A stretch of DNA of 64,000 nucleotides, from assembly GCF_018350175.1 (NCBI RefSeq), contig NC_058368.1, forward strand, positions 57,476,001 through 57,540,000. The letters run 5' to 3'. The position numbers were made by a program, and so were the translations under genes. The first letter of the stretch is position 1, and the number at the start of each line of letters is the position of its first letter. The DNA is from Felis catus (Eukaryota). Below are positions 10,741 to 22,141 of this stretch, in pieces. Under the pieces are notes generated by a model. The model was not told where the DNA came from, searched no databases, and saw nothing but the letters and a program-made list of their open reading frames with translations.

Positions 10741-12723
10741 TTACCGTTCTATTTTTTGAGGAAGAATGCTCTAGTTTGGTTTCACTCTATTCTTGTGTTT
10801 TTGTAAGTACGATTTCATTGCTTAGGTCCAAAGATCAGACTTTTGGGCAAACATTTGTAGCCTCATTTTCTTCTATCTGGCTAGTGATACCACTACTGAA
10901 TTTATATCCAAAGGAAAAGATAATTTTCTTAACCTACTCAATGTTTCTATTCAGTATAAACAATTTCTTTTTATACAAAATTATTTGTCTACCCAAGGGC
11001 ATGTGAAAGTTAAAAACAAACAAACAAACAAACAAGCAAAACAACAGAATGAAGTTTCTCTGGAGTGCTTGTCTCTAGTGCAAAAGGACTCAACTGAAAC
11101 ACTTTTTTTCTTTACTCCCCAAGCCTTGTTTGATAAAACATTTTAGAATTGTTATTTAAAATGTTATTTCTCTTATTCTAAATCTCCCAGCCAACTTAAG
11201 ATCAGTTTTTCATTTGTTTACAGATGACATTTGGTTGAAATGGTAGGATTTCTCACTATTAGCACAACTGTTACGTTCTTAAGATACTTTTTCTTAATAG
11301 GAGTACAATATTTTTAGCAAATAAATTACACTGTAAGTTATTATACATTAACTTTGGCTATCAGTACAGTCCCCCACAATCCAGTCACTTTGTCACCAAT
11401 AAATTGTAGTGTTTGCTATAATGAACAGATTTCTGGGACTGTGGACCCAAGTAAGTTCATATCTTTTGACTACCTCCTCCTGGCTCCTGTGTGAATGTGG
11501 ACAGGTTAATTCATCTCTCTGATCCACAGTGCCTTTATTTGTTAAATGTATATAGTATCCACCTTATGAAGAAGCTAAGAAGATCAGTAAAATCTTATAA
11601 GAATATAGCAATAGATTGATATATTATTAATATTTTCTCAAGAATAAGAATGGTGTATTCTGTGTCCTACAGCAGAAGGTTTGTTGAGTGTGATCTAAAT
11701 AAATATTAGTCATTTTGACAAATGTCTTAAACAAGCTGGCGCAAAAAAGCTAGAGATTCCAGAACTGTATGTCATCTTTACAAAGTGTAAAATGTTACAG
11801 TATAGCTTCTAACACTAAATTTACTGTATTATTCATAAAGATCTATGTTTAAAAGGGAAGGATGAAGAAATTCCTGTGTTTTGGTCATGTATGAAGAAAA
11901 AGTATATTTATGATCCAGATTATCAATTCTAGAAAAAGCTATTAAACAAGCAGAATATTATTATATGAGTCATTTAATGACAAAAACAAATTTGTATATG
12001 CTACATCTCTCCTTCACTATTCAGTTAAAACTGACATATTTAATTTTCCTTCATTTTATGATGCAAATTTCTCCAGAGGAAAAATAAGAAAGTGCATAGA
12101 ATATTTTTAAAAAATGGAATGGAAATAATCAGATATCTAGACATTGCCCAGTAGTCAAATACACAATATTGGATAGTTTTAATGGAAATTTTCTCTTTTA
12201 ACATGGTTTTATTTTAAAAAGATGTAGGGATAAACAGCTATTATTCTTATGTTGACTATAAATCATAAGGAAACATATAAAGCTATAATATAATTATATA
12301 AAATATATAACGTTCCTTGGGGTTTAGTCAATATAAAAGTAGACAAATACACATAGTAAGTATAAGCATACATAGTATATTTATATGTTTAACTTCCTGT
12401 ACTGAACTGATTTTGCAATGGATATATTCTTTGCATTATCAATAGAAACTCATTCTATTTCCCTAGAGACTCTACGTTCTCTAATACGATGGCGTTGTGG
12501 ATAATTCAAGGCCTTTGACTTAACATCTATAACAGACACAGGGATAAAACATATCTCATTTAGAGTTTAGAGCAATAATCAGGATATTAGTACATCAACA
12601 TAAAAAGAGATTAATCTGAGCTCTCAAAAGTCACATAATTCATGTCCTACAATAGTTTTATTCCCTGTTTAGGAAAGTAGCATGTTATGCAAATGTGCTT
12701 ATTGTAACAAAAACAGGTTATAT

Positions 12724-13369
12724 ATTTTTTTTATATGAAATTTATTGACAAATTGGTTTCCATACAACACCCAGTGCTCATCCCAAAAGGTGCCTTCCTC
12801 CATACCCATCACCCACCCTCTCCTCCCTCCCACCCCCCATCAACCCTCAGTTTGTTCTCAGTTTTTAAGAGTCTCTTATGCTTTGGCTCTCTCCCACTCT
12901 AACCTGTTTTTTTTTTTCCTTCCCCTCCCCCATGGGTTCCTGTTAAGTTTCTCAGGATCCACATAAGAGTGAAACCATATGGTATCTGTCTTTCTCTGTA
13001 TGGCTTATTTCACTTAGCATCACACTCTCCAGTTCCATCCACGTTGCTACAAAGGCCATATTTCATTTTTTCTCATTGCCACGTAACATTCCATCGTGTA
13101 TATAAACCACAATTTCTTTATCCATTCATCAGTTGATGGACATTTAGGCTCTTTCCATAATTTGGCTATTGTTGAGAGTGCTGCTATGAACATTGGGGTA
13201 CAAGTGGCCCTATGCATCAGTACTCCTGTATCCCTTGGATAAATTCCTAGCAGTGCTATTGCTGGGTCATAGGGTAGGTCTATTTTTAATTTTCTGAGGA
13301 ACCTCCACACTGCTTTCCAGAGCGGCTGCACCAATTTGCATTCCCACCAACAGTGCAAGAGGGTTCCCG
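12724..13369 (-). mobile_element. Young felid LINE-1, 5'-truncated (about 645 bp: ORF2 C-terminus, 3'UTR, tail)
   Basis: ORF 13047-13358 ([14 protein letters not shown]...KCPSTDEWIKKLW) is the L1 ORF2 Cys-rich C-terminus; perfect 15-bp TSD aaaaacaggttatat at 12709-12723 and 13370-13384. Confidence 0.97.
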
Positions 13370-13439
13370 AAAAACAGGTTATATTTTGAAACTTTACATA
13401 TATCAGTCTCTTCTGCTCAGGACTTGAAGTGTATTATTT

Positions 13440-13540
13440 ACTTCTCACAGAAACCCTACAAGGTGAAGTGCATTATTATCCCTGTTTGCAGGTGAAGAAA
13501 TCAAGACTTAACATGGTTAAGAAAATCGAAGTAATACAGC
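13440..13540 (-). mobile_element. MIR fragment
   Basis: Antisense MIR core: aaaccctacaaggt...cattattatccctgtttgcaggtgaagaaa. Confidence 0.65.
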
Positions 13541-13829
13541 TTGTACTAATACTGAAATTGGCTTTTCATTTTTAAAAAATCTCCCTTATTAGTCTTTTAG
13601 TTTTATTGTTAGCATTTTAAACCAACATTTAAGGGAAAAATAATCTGAATAGTGCCCTAACCACTGTGCCAATATCTGACATATACTGAGTACCCACTAT
13701 GCACCTATTACATTTAATGACACTATGAGGCGATTTTGTGTAACTTGTAATGATGTCTAGTTAAGCAAGAGCTTAGAGTCCTCCTGCCCTCTAACAGTCA
13801 AAATAATTCTTTCTAAACCTCCTAATACC

Positions 13830-14015
13830 ATGCTGTATACATATTTATTCCCTTAATCCTAAAAACAACCTTACTATTATTTAGAATTTACAGATATGAA
13901 AACTGAGGCACGCAGATGGCAAACCTCTGTTCAATGCCAAGAGGTTAGAAAGTGATCCATCTATGACTTTAACTCAGGTAGACAGTCTCCAGAGTTCTTG
14001 CTTTAATCACTGTGT
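13830..14015 (-). mobile_element. MIR
   Basis: tttacagatatgaaaactgaggcac...ctccagagttcttgctttaatcactg. Confidence 0.75.
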
Positions 14016-17000
14016 TTCTCTCTTACTATGTTTGACCTGAGAGATAAAATGCCATTCTATCAGTTCCTAGCAAAGACTTACTTTTTTAAATAACATTTTA
14101 ACTTAAAAACGTATATAGAAAGAGTAATATTTACTGATTTATGAAAGCAACTATAGTGTCAAGGCATCAAAGATTCTTAGGTAGTTCTCTTCCTATATAA
14201 TTCAAAATTTATTAAATGACAAGTATGTCCTAGTTTCAAATAATTTTCACTGAAAAAGGTGATGATTTCCCTATGCTTTTCTTTCCCAATGGATAGCCCT
14301 AGTTTTGCGTAGAAAATAAATCATCCATAAATTTCTTTAATAGCTAAATCATTCTGGAGTACCAACAAAAATCAAGAAGCTTCTCTGCATGGATGGTTTT
14401 GAAAATGTAGTAACATGACATTAATTGACAATTTGATAAATGAGCATTTGTAAAACTCAGGATATATTTAAAGTCACAATAATACACTGATTTTTAGTGT
14501 GCATGTGTGTGTGTGTGCGTGTGTGAAATGAAAATCTACACTGGTATAAGCTGACACATTATTGTTATGTGAGTAGAATAATTACATGAAAACATGATGT
14601 CCATAGGCCACTAATCCATAGACCTAATTTTTAAAATTGTTCCAGGTGGTTTAAGAGAAATTAAATACTGGTCTTAATAGAATATTACTGTAATCCTTGT
14701 AACTGTGGAATACTCTTGAGAAATGAATGCAGCTGTTGTCTTGGCCAAGTTCTTTAATGTACAGTTCTTAGGCAGCATCTGTATTCATCATCCTGTTTTA
14801 ATTAAGTTTTTTTTCCTATGACACAAGTTATTATTTTTATTTGTGGTACCTATCTATCTATCCATCCATCCATCCATCCATCCATATTCTAAGTGTCTAT
14901 ATATCCATTCATGCATTTATCCACAAAAATATGTAGACCACAGACAAAAGCATTGTCTTAGCACTTGAAGGCTGCAAAATTGAGTGTGTCATACTAATTC
15001 AATGACATTTTAGTTTGATGCAGAGAAGATAAAGCAGACATGGAAAAAATGCAGAGGAAGTATAAAACATGAACACTAATTATACCTCATACTACTTTGT
15101 TATCTCACTACTACTGAGAAACTTGGGCTCAGTGCAGGTTTATTGAAGGAATAAGTTAACTGCTATGTCAATGTCTAAACATGCCTTTCTAACACAACCT
15201 CTCCGCCCCTCCAATTAACATAATAATTCCTGCAGTAATAAATTATGCCATAGTCTGAGTGAAGTGGGGCTATCCATCCTTTTTCCAAGGATCTGGGTTT
15301 TAGTTTTTTGCCACCAATGTGGCTCTTCTCTATCATCCTCACCTGCCCTGTGGCCCAGCGCCAAAGTCACTACCCCGAATAATGAGTATTGAAAGCCACT
15401 GTCTAACCTCATGAATTTTGCTAGGTCAGATATTTTTTACAACTCACCTCAAGGACTTCATTTAGAATTTGTGGGACTGTGTACATGGGATATAAGGACA
15501 TAAAGGCAATGAAAAGATGGGATTCCTCAAATTAGTACTGAGGAGAAAGTTCAAAATGGGTTAGGAATCTGTAAGGTCCTGTTGCTTTTGCTTTGGTTTA
15601 TTTCTGTCTAATCTCTACATTCTATTTCTTCTTCTATCTAAATTATATTTCTTCTTAAAAACAAAACAAAACAAATTTTGTCATATCCTGGCTTAACGGG
15701 ACATACTAGATTTTGGCCTTAGTGGGAGAGTTATTTACAAATTCTATTGATTTCTCTAGGTTTCGGCATAATCTTTTTGCTAGTCTGATCCTAAATTAAT
15801 GATCTTATTCTTTCAAATGAACATTTGCCATTCTTTTGAGTTCTAGTCACCATCTTGTCCCAATTTGAAATTCTAAGCCCCAGGTCCCAGCTCCTGAACC
15901 CCATTCCGAAGACCATATATTGTTCTATGAAAGATGATGGTGTGAATTCCTGTCAAGAATGATTCATCACTGATCACTGATCTCCAGTGGGAAACTCCAT
16001 TATCTCCAATGACTTTGCTTATTTTGAGACAGCCTGGGCACTTGGAAAGAACAATGTGGAAGCAGGTTAAAAACAGAGTGTCAGAGTTTCCCTAGTATTC
16101 TGTTATACTTCTGAGAACCAAGGGTTTATCAAGGGTTCCTCGGTAGAGCCCCTAGATCTCCCCAGGCTTGGTGAATCAGAAGGTTAGAACTAGAATGCAT
16201 TGGATTGAGCATGGCTGTGATTGATTGATACAAAAAGGATAGACTAGTCCATCCTGGTCTTTAGACCACCTCTCCTATGGTGGAAAAGTCTTACAGATTT
16301 GGGTCACAGGGGATTTTAAGGAATTTCCTAAATATCCCTGGTATTCCCTGAGATCTCTGGTAATAGGCATTAAAAAGCAGGATCCAAAAGGAAGAAGCCT
16401 AAAGTCATAATTCTAGCATTGTTTGCTGCAGAGCCACAGAATCTGAGAGTTCAACACTGTCATTGCCTCATCTTTGTCATTCACTGGAAGCACACACAGA
16501 TGCTGGGACATCTGGTTTCAATGGCAATGATTCTTTATTGCTTGCAAGAGTGTGCCCTGCATGCCTGGGTCTATGCCTTCTGAGAATTCTGACCATCTGC
16601 CCTTTCAGTAAAGCCTTCTACCCAAAGTGCATTAGATTATCTTCCCAAGTTCGATACATAGCAAAACTGGGCCTCCAGGCACTCTAGCAACCTTAGTATA
16701 AATAACAACATTCAGATAAATTGATATGCCAGTCTCTATGTATCCTACTCTTATTATAGAAATATAACCTTCATGGATACAATTTGCTCCTAAAGAAAAA
16801 ATAATATGTCTCTATTGTTCAGAAAACCTATTCTATCTAGTGATATTTTTCTAAAATATGTGCATACTAATCATAGGGAAATTCTCATATAGGCAGGATT
16901 ATTATGGTTCATTTCCTATTGTCTTTGTTTGGTGGAATCTGTTTTCCTTTTAGAGTGAAAATTAGATTGCTAACAGCCCCTGGGCCATGAGAGAAGTTCA

Positions 17001-17274
17001 GTTGGCTGTCAAATAGGTTAGTCAGTAAAAGCCTAAGCTTACATTTACATGAAGACCAGTACTGTTAGGAATTGTCTGGCTTTTTGAACATTTAAGGCCA
17101 TAATTTTGTTGTTCACTTATTTGTTTTGGCTGTTTTTTTTTAGTAGAATTTCCATAAAGGGTTATTAATCCAAAAGTAGAACTCAAATTGGGGAATGAGT
17201 TCTGGGAGTGAAATAACAGTTTAGTCACACGTACTGTGCATCACACACTGATGCCAAAAGCATCCTCTGGACGC

Positions 17275-17420
17275 TGGACAGTGGTTAAAGACAAATATTC
17301 TAGGATACAAGTATTTGGAAATATCTCTCATGATTTCTACTTATTCCAATGTAATTTGAGGTAAGTTATTTAACTTCCTTGTCTGCATTTGTTAAAATGT
17401 TAGTTTTAAAATTGTTCTTA
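17275..17420 (+). mobile_element. MIR fragment
   Basis: cagtggttaaaga...ggtaagttatttaacttcct...gttaaaatg. Confidence 0.5.
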
Positions 17421-17738
17421 CACATAAGTCTGGTGGGGTGACCAAGATTCCTGTGACATCTCCATCTCTGGTCACCATGGCCTTTTCAGTTTGTTGCTGT
17501 TGCATTGTCAAAATTGGCTGGGGAAGTACCAAGATATGTTAGGATAGATTACTGGAGCATCAGAGGCATGCTTTCTTGCTCACATTATATAACAACAGAG
17601 AATACAATATGAGAATCATATTCTTACAAGAGTATAAGAATATATGGGTAATTGGGTATTCATCACTGTGCCTTGCCCATAGGTTCCCAAGAAATATTTA
17701 CTGATTTGATGAATGAATGTAGAAATATATAGGGTTTT

Positions 17739-17964
17739 GGGGTTGCTGGGTGGCTCAGTGGTTAAACATCCGACTTCAGCTCAGGTCATGATCTCACAGT
17801 TTGTGAATTCGAGCCCCACATCCAGCTCTGTGCTAACAGTTCAGAGCCTGGAGCCTGCTTTGGATTCTGTCTCCCTCTCTCTATCTCTCTCTCTCTGCCT
17901 CTCCCTCACTCACACTCTGTCTCTCAAAAATGAATAAACGTTAAAAAATTGTTTTTAAAAAGAA
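17739..17964 (+). mobile_element. Can-SINE
   Basis: Full body, CT tract and A tail; flanking repeat agaaatatat. Confidence 0.95.
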
Positions 17965-19192
17965 AGAAATATATGAGTTTATAACCACTCTGGAACACTG
18001 ATGTCTAAACTAGAATATGTTCATTCCAGGTTTTGTGTGAAATGGTTTAATGAAATGTGGGAAATAAATATAATTTCTAATTCTGCTTATTGATATAAAC
18101 GTGTGTGCTTTTGATATTTTATATATATAAAACATTTATAATTTTATGGTTTAAAATTTACATTATATTAATATTTGCTTATATTAATAAAGATTATATA
18201 CATTAATGTATAACTACATATATAAATATAAATGTGGAGTTGCTGCTGATTCTCTCTCTCTCTTTTGTTTTTTTAAGAGAGAGATCCATGACCAAAAGTT
18301 TGGAAAACTTTGGACCAAAGCATCTCAGAAGCAAAGATAAATCCACTCATATTTAATAGTTCTCCCACCAAATATCCTGTAGATGTAAAGACAAATATAC
18401 ACTAGATTCTCTATGCCACTAATGAGAAGAAAAAGGATAAAGAACTGTAGTTCTTTTGCAAAATTATGTATCCACAGCAATTAGCCAATAAATTAGTATA
18501 TATTTTTGAGGTTTAATAATTTTCATCACTATCTAAAGTGAAACTGATTCTTATTAGGATCAATCAGTAGGATAAACTTGGCACCTGAGGATCTTATATC
18601 TGACCTCTTCTGAATTTCATTTAGATCTTAGAAAGATCATTTAGATCTTTCATTAGATCTTTCATTAGGATCTTAGACCTAAACTGGAAATAGACCCTAT
18701 GATTTGCATAAAGAGACTGAATACAGTCTTGGGTCTTGATGAAAAATAAATGTACTTATTTTAACTTGAGTCATTTTTCTAGGAGAAGTTAAAAGATCTA
18801 TTTAAAATGAGACATTGAATTAAAGAGGAAAGTGGGGATAAACATTGATTATGTTATTTCCCAGGCATAATCTGTTCCGTTAAAGTATATGAAAATCACC
18901 AAACATAGGGATTTTTTTTTCAATTTAGTGATATGAGTACTTTAGCATTTTAGATATTTGAAAGAGATTATAGATGGAACCATGAAAATTAAGACAAATC
19001 TGTTAAATTCAAAGTCAATATATACGTATATACACACATACAAACATACATACATGAGACAGAGAAACAGAGAAAGGCATAGAAAGAGAAACAGCTAGAT
19101 GGACAAAGAGAAAGGGAATAGTGAGATAAAAGTGTTTGTAACATTTTTATCTGAAAGCGTGATTTCCTAATAAACTTTAAAATCTGGTGTTT

Positions 19193-19417
19193 GGGGCGCC
19201 TGGGTGGTGCAGTCGGTTAAGCGTCCGACTTCAGCCAGGTCACGATCTCGCGGTCCGTGAGTTCCAGCCCCGCGTCAGGATCTGGGCTGATGGCTCAGAG
19301 CCTGGAGCCTGTTTCCGATTCTGTGTTTCCCTCTCTCTCTGCCCCTCCCCCGTTCATGCTCTGTCTCTCTCTGTCCCAAAAAAATAAATAAACGTTGAAA
19401 AAAAAATAAAAAAAAAT
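19193..19417 (+). mobile_element. Young SINEC_Fc-type SINE
   Basis: CpG-rich near-consensus body (ttcagccaggtcacgatctcgcggtccgtgag); perfect TSD aaaatctggtgttt. Confidence 0.97.
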
Positions 19418-19767
19418 AAAATCTGGTGTTTGTTTACTTTCATATTATTAAATATTTTTCAATCAGAATTTGTACAACTGAATGCAAACATCAAATGCTA
19501 CTGATTTATATTGAATATGATTAAACTGGTCATTATTTTGATAAAAATGGAAAGAATATTTCACTAGAGGGAGAATTTTTTTTACTTTGTTTTTAGCAAT
19601 TAAAAATAATGGTTCTGCAAAATTTCAAGAATCTGTCATTGGAAAAATATTGATCACAGAAACAGAATCTATTAGATGATTTTATTTGCAATATTGAGAC
19701 AAGTTTTATACTAAACATAAACATGGTATACCTTCTCAGATGTGCTGAGATTGTCTTCCACTGTCAC

Positions 19768-20192
19768 TGTCAAGGTTAGTACCCACACTGCATGCCTTTC
19801 CATGTTAGATTTAGATGAAACACTGCACTAGAGCACACGGGATCTGACTTCCTAAGTGGCCAGTCAGGGCCTGATGGAAAGCACAGCAGGGCAGGATCAA
19901 CCTTCACCGACAAAAAACAGGTCAGAGGGAGATGGTCAGTTAAATTTCCTCTCCTCCGTCTCTCTGGTAGACTTTTCAAGATATTGCTCCACCTTTCAAC
20001 TTAGCAGAAATGTCCTATTAATGGCAAACACACAGAACTCAAGAACACTGCTGGTCTCCAGGCTTTTTGAAGAGTAGCTAGTAACACCTCTCATCATATG
20101 GGGTCACGTCATTCTTCGCCCACAGCCTCACCCCCATGGACACGCATCTTCCAAATAAAGTGAATTACTGCCTGTAATTCAACACCACTACA
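19768..20192. mobile_element. Probable old solo LTR, family not identified (ERVL/MaLR class)
   Basis: 425-bp GC-richer unit with TGT...ACA ends and 5-bp flanks gtcac / gtgac. Confidence 0.4.
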
Positions 20193-20582
20193 GTGACAGT
20201 AGCTGGGCAACTATTGATGATAATTATATATTTATATCTCTATTTCTACCTTTATATTTAAATGAAATACAACTTAATATTATAACAAAAGAGAAGTCAA
20301 ATGCAGACCATATACTGTACATTATAGAAGTTTGTGTTAGCAGTAGGAATTGTCAGATATTGTAGGTTCATCCTTCCAAGCCTGATAGATTTTTCTAAAA
20401 GATATTTCTCCTGAGTTTTCAAATAAAAATGCTTGCCCAGGTTGTGATATCACCATAAATGATGAATGGTTCACATCAAAACATCCCCACTAAGAATTTA
20501 AGTTTTATAATTCTAATGTGTTTTCTGATGAGAAAAAAAGGAGAGCTTTAAAGACATTTTCTTAAAAATATATTTAATTTGT

Positions 20583-20802
20583 GGGGCGCCTGGGTGGTGC
20601 AGTCGGTTAAGCGTCCGACTTCAGCCAGGTCATGATCTCGCGGTCCGTGAGCTCGAGCCCCGCGTCGGGCTCTGGGCTGATGGCTCAGAGCCTGGAGCCT
20701 GTTTCCGATTCTGTGTCTCCCTCTCTCTCTACCCCTCCCCTGTTCATGCTCTGTCTCTCTCTGTCCCCAAAATAAATAAACGTTGAAAAAAAATTAAAAA
20801 AT
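20583..20802 (+). mobile_element. Young SINEC_Fc-type SINE
   Basis: Near-consensus CpG-rich body; TSD atatatttaatttg. Confidence 0.97.
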
Positions 20803-21527
20803 ATATATTTAATTTGCAATTGACAATTCCCAAATAGGAGGTTATTCCTATTATATATCATACTATTCAGGAAAATGGATACTTTGTCATCATTCTTCAT
20901 GCAATTTGAATAAATGTCTCTACATTTTGCTTGAGTGATTTTTATCTGGGGCAATTTTCCTGTTTGCTACAGTTCTGGGGCAAGAGGAACATGCTGTGTT
21001 CTTACTACGTGCAAGATTTATTTTGTATTCCACAAAACATTTATTTTTATTTAATACAAGTCTCGTGTATCTATGGTTATATATAATTTTTAGGAATTTT
21101 ATTTTTGTCATTATTGCCGAAGGGATTTTTTTCATATTTTCTACTGTATTCCTGGTATGTGGCGGTTTTGTTGTTGCTGTTGGTTTTTCTCTGAATGTGT
21201 TTTTGAGTTTTCTTGGCCTACTGAGTGGGTATCCTTCTACTTCAGTGAACTATTTTATTAACTTTTTTTTTTAATTCAGAGTTTAGTGCAGAATTAAACA
21301 TAGTAATTTAATAGATTTCAAAATAAAATATCTTTAAATGATTATATTTTTGTATATATATTTTTTGTTAAATGAGATATATTCCATTATATATATAACC
21401 TATATATCTACATCTATATCCATCTATATGTATATCTGAGTAATATTCCATTATATATCTACATCTATGTCTGTATCTATATCTGCATCTATAACCATCT
21501 TTATCATATATAAATAACTTATTCTTT

Positions 21528-21750
21528 TTTTTTTTTAATTTTTTTTTCAATGTTTATTTATTTTTGGGACAGAGAGAGACAGAGCATGAACGGGGGAGGG
21601 GCAGAGAAAGAGGGAGACACAGAATCGGAAACAGGCTCCAGGCTCTGAGCCATCAGCCCAGAGCCTGACGCGGGGCTCGAACCCACAGACCGCGAGATCG
21701 TGACCTGGCTGAAGTCGGACGCTTAGCCGACTGCGCCACCCAGGCGCCCC
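21528..21750 (-). mobile_element. Young SINEC_Fc-type SINE nested in L1
   Basis: Perfect 15-bp TSD aataacttattcttt at 21513-21527 and 21751-21765. Confidence 0.97.
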
Positions 21751-21930
21751 AATAACTTATTCTTTATCCATTCATCAGCTGATGGACAATTGGGCTGTTT
21801 TCCATAATTTGGTTAGTGTAGATAATACTACTATAAACACTGGGGTGCATGTATCACTTTGAATTAGTATTTTTGTATTCTTTGGGTAAGTACCTAGTAG
21901 TGCAATTGTTGGATCATAGGGTAGCTCTAT

Positions 21931-22141
21931 TTTTTTTTTTAATGTTCATTTATTTTTGAGAGAGTGAGAGAGAGAGAGCATGAGTTGGGGAGGAACAGAG
22001 AGAGAGGGAGACAGAGAATCCAAAGCAGTCTCTGCGCTGTCAGTGCAAAGCCTGACATGGGGATCGAACCCACGAACAGAACAGTGAGATCATGACCTGA
22101 GCCAAAGTCTGTCACTCAACCGATTGAGCCACCCATGCCCC
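21931..22141 (-). mobile_element. Can-SINE nested in L1
   Basis: Body plus poly-T; diverged TSD ggtagctctatttt / ggtagttcaatttt. Confidence 0.9.

Noticed and set aside
13047..13358. 103-aa Cys/Trp-rich ORF as a gene
   Set aside because: It is the C-terminus of L1 ORF2 in a truncated insertion with no promoter.
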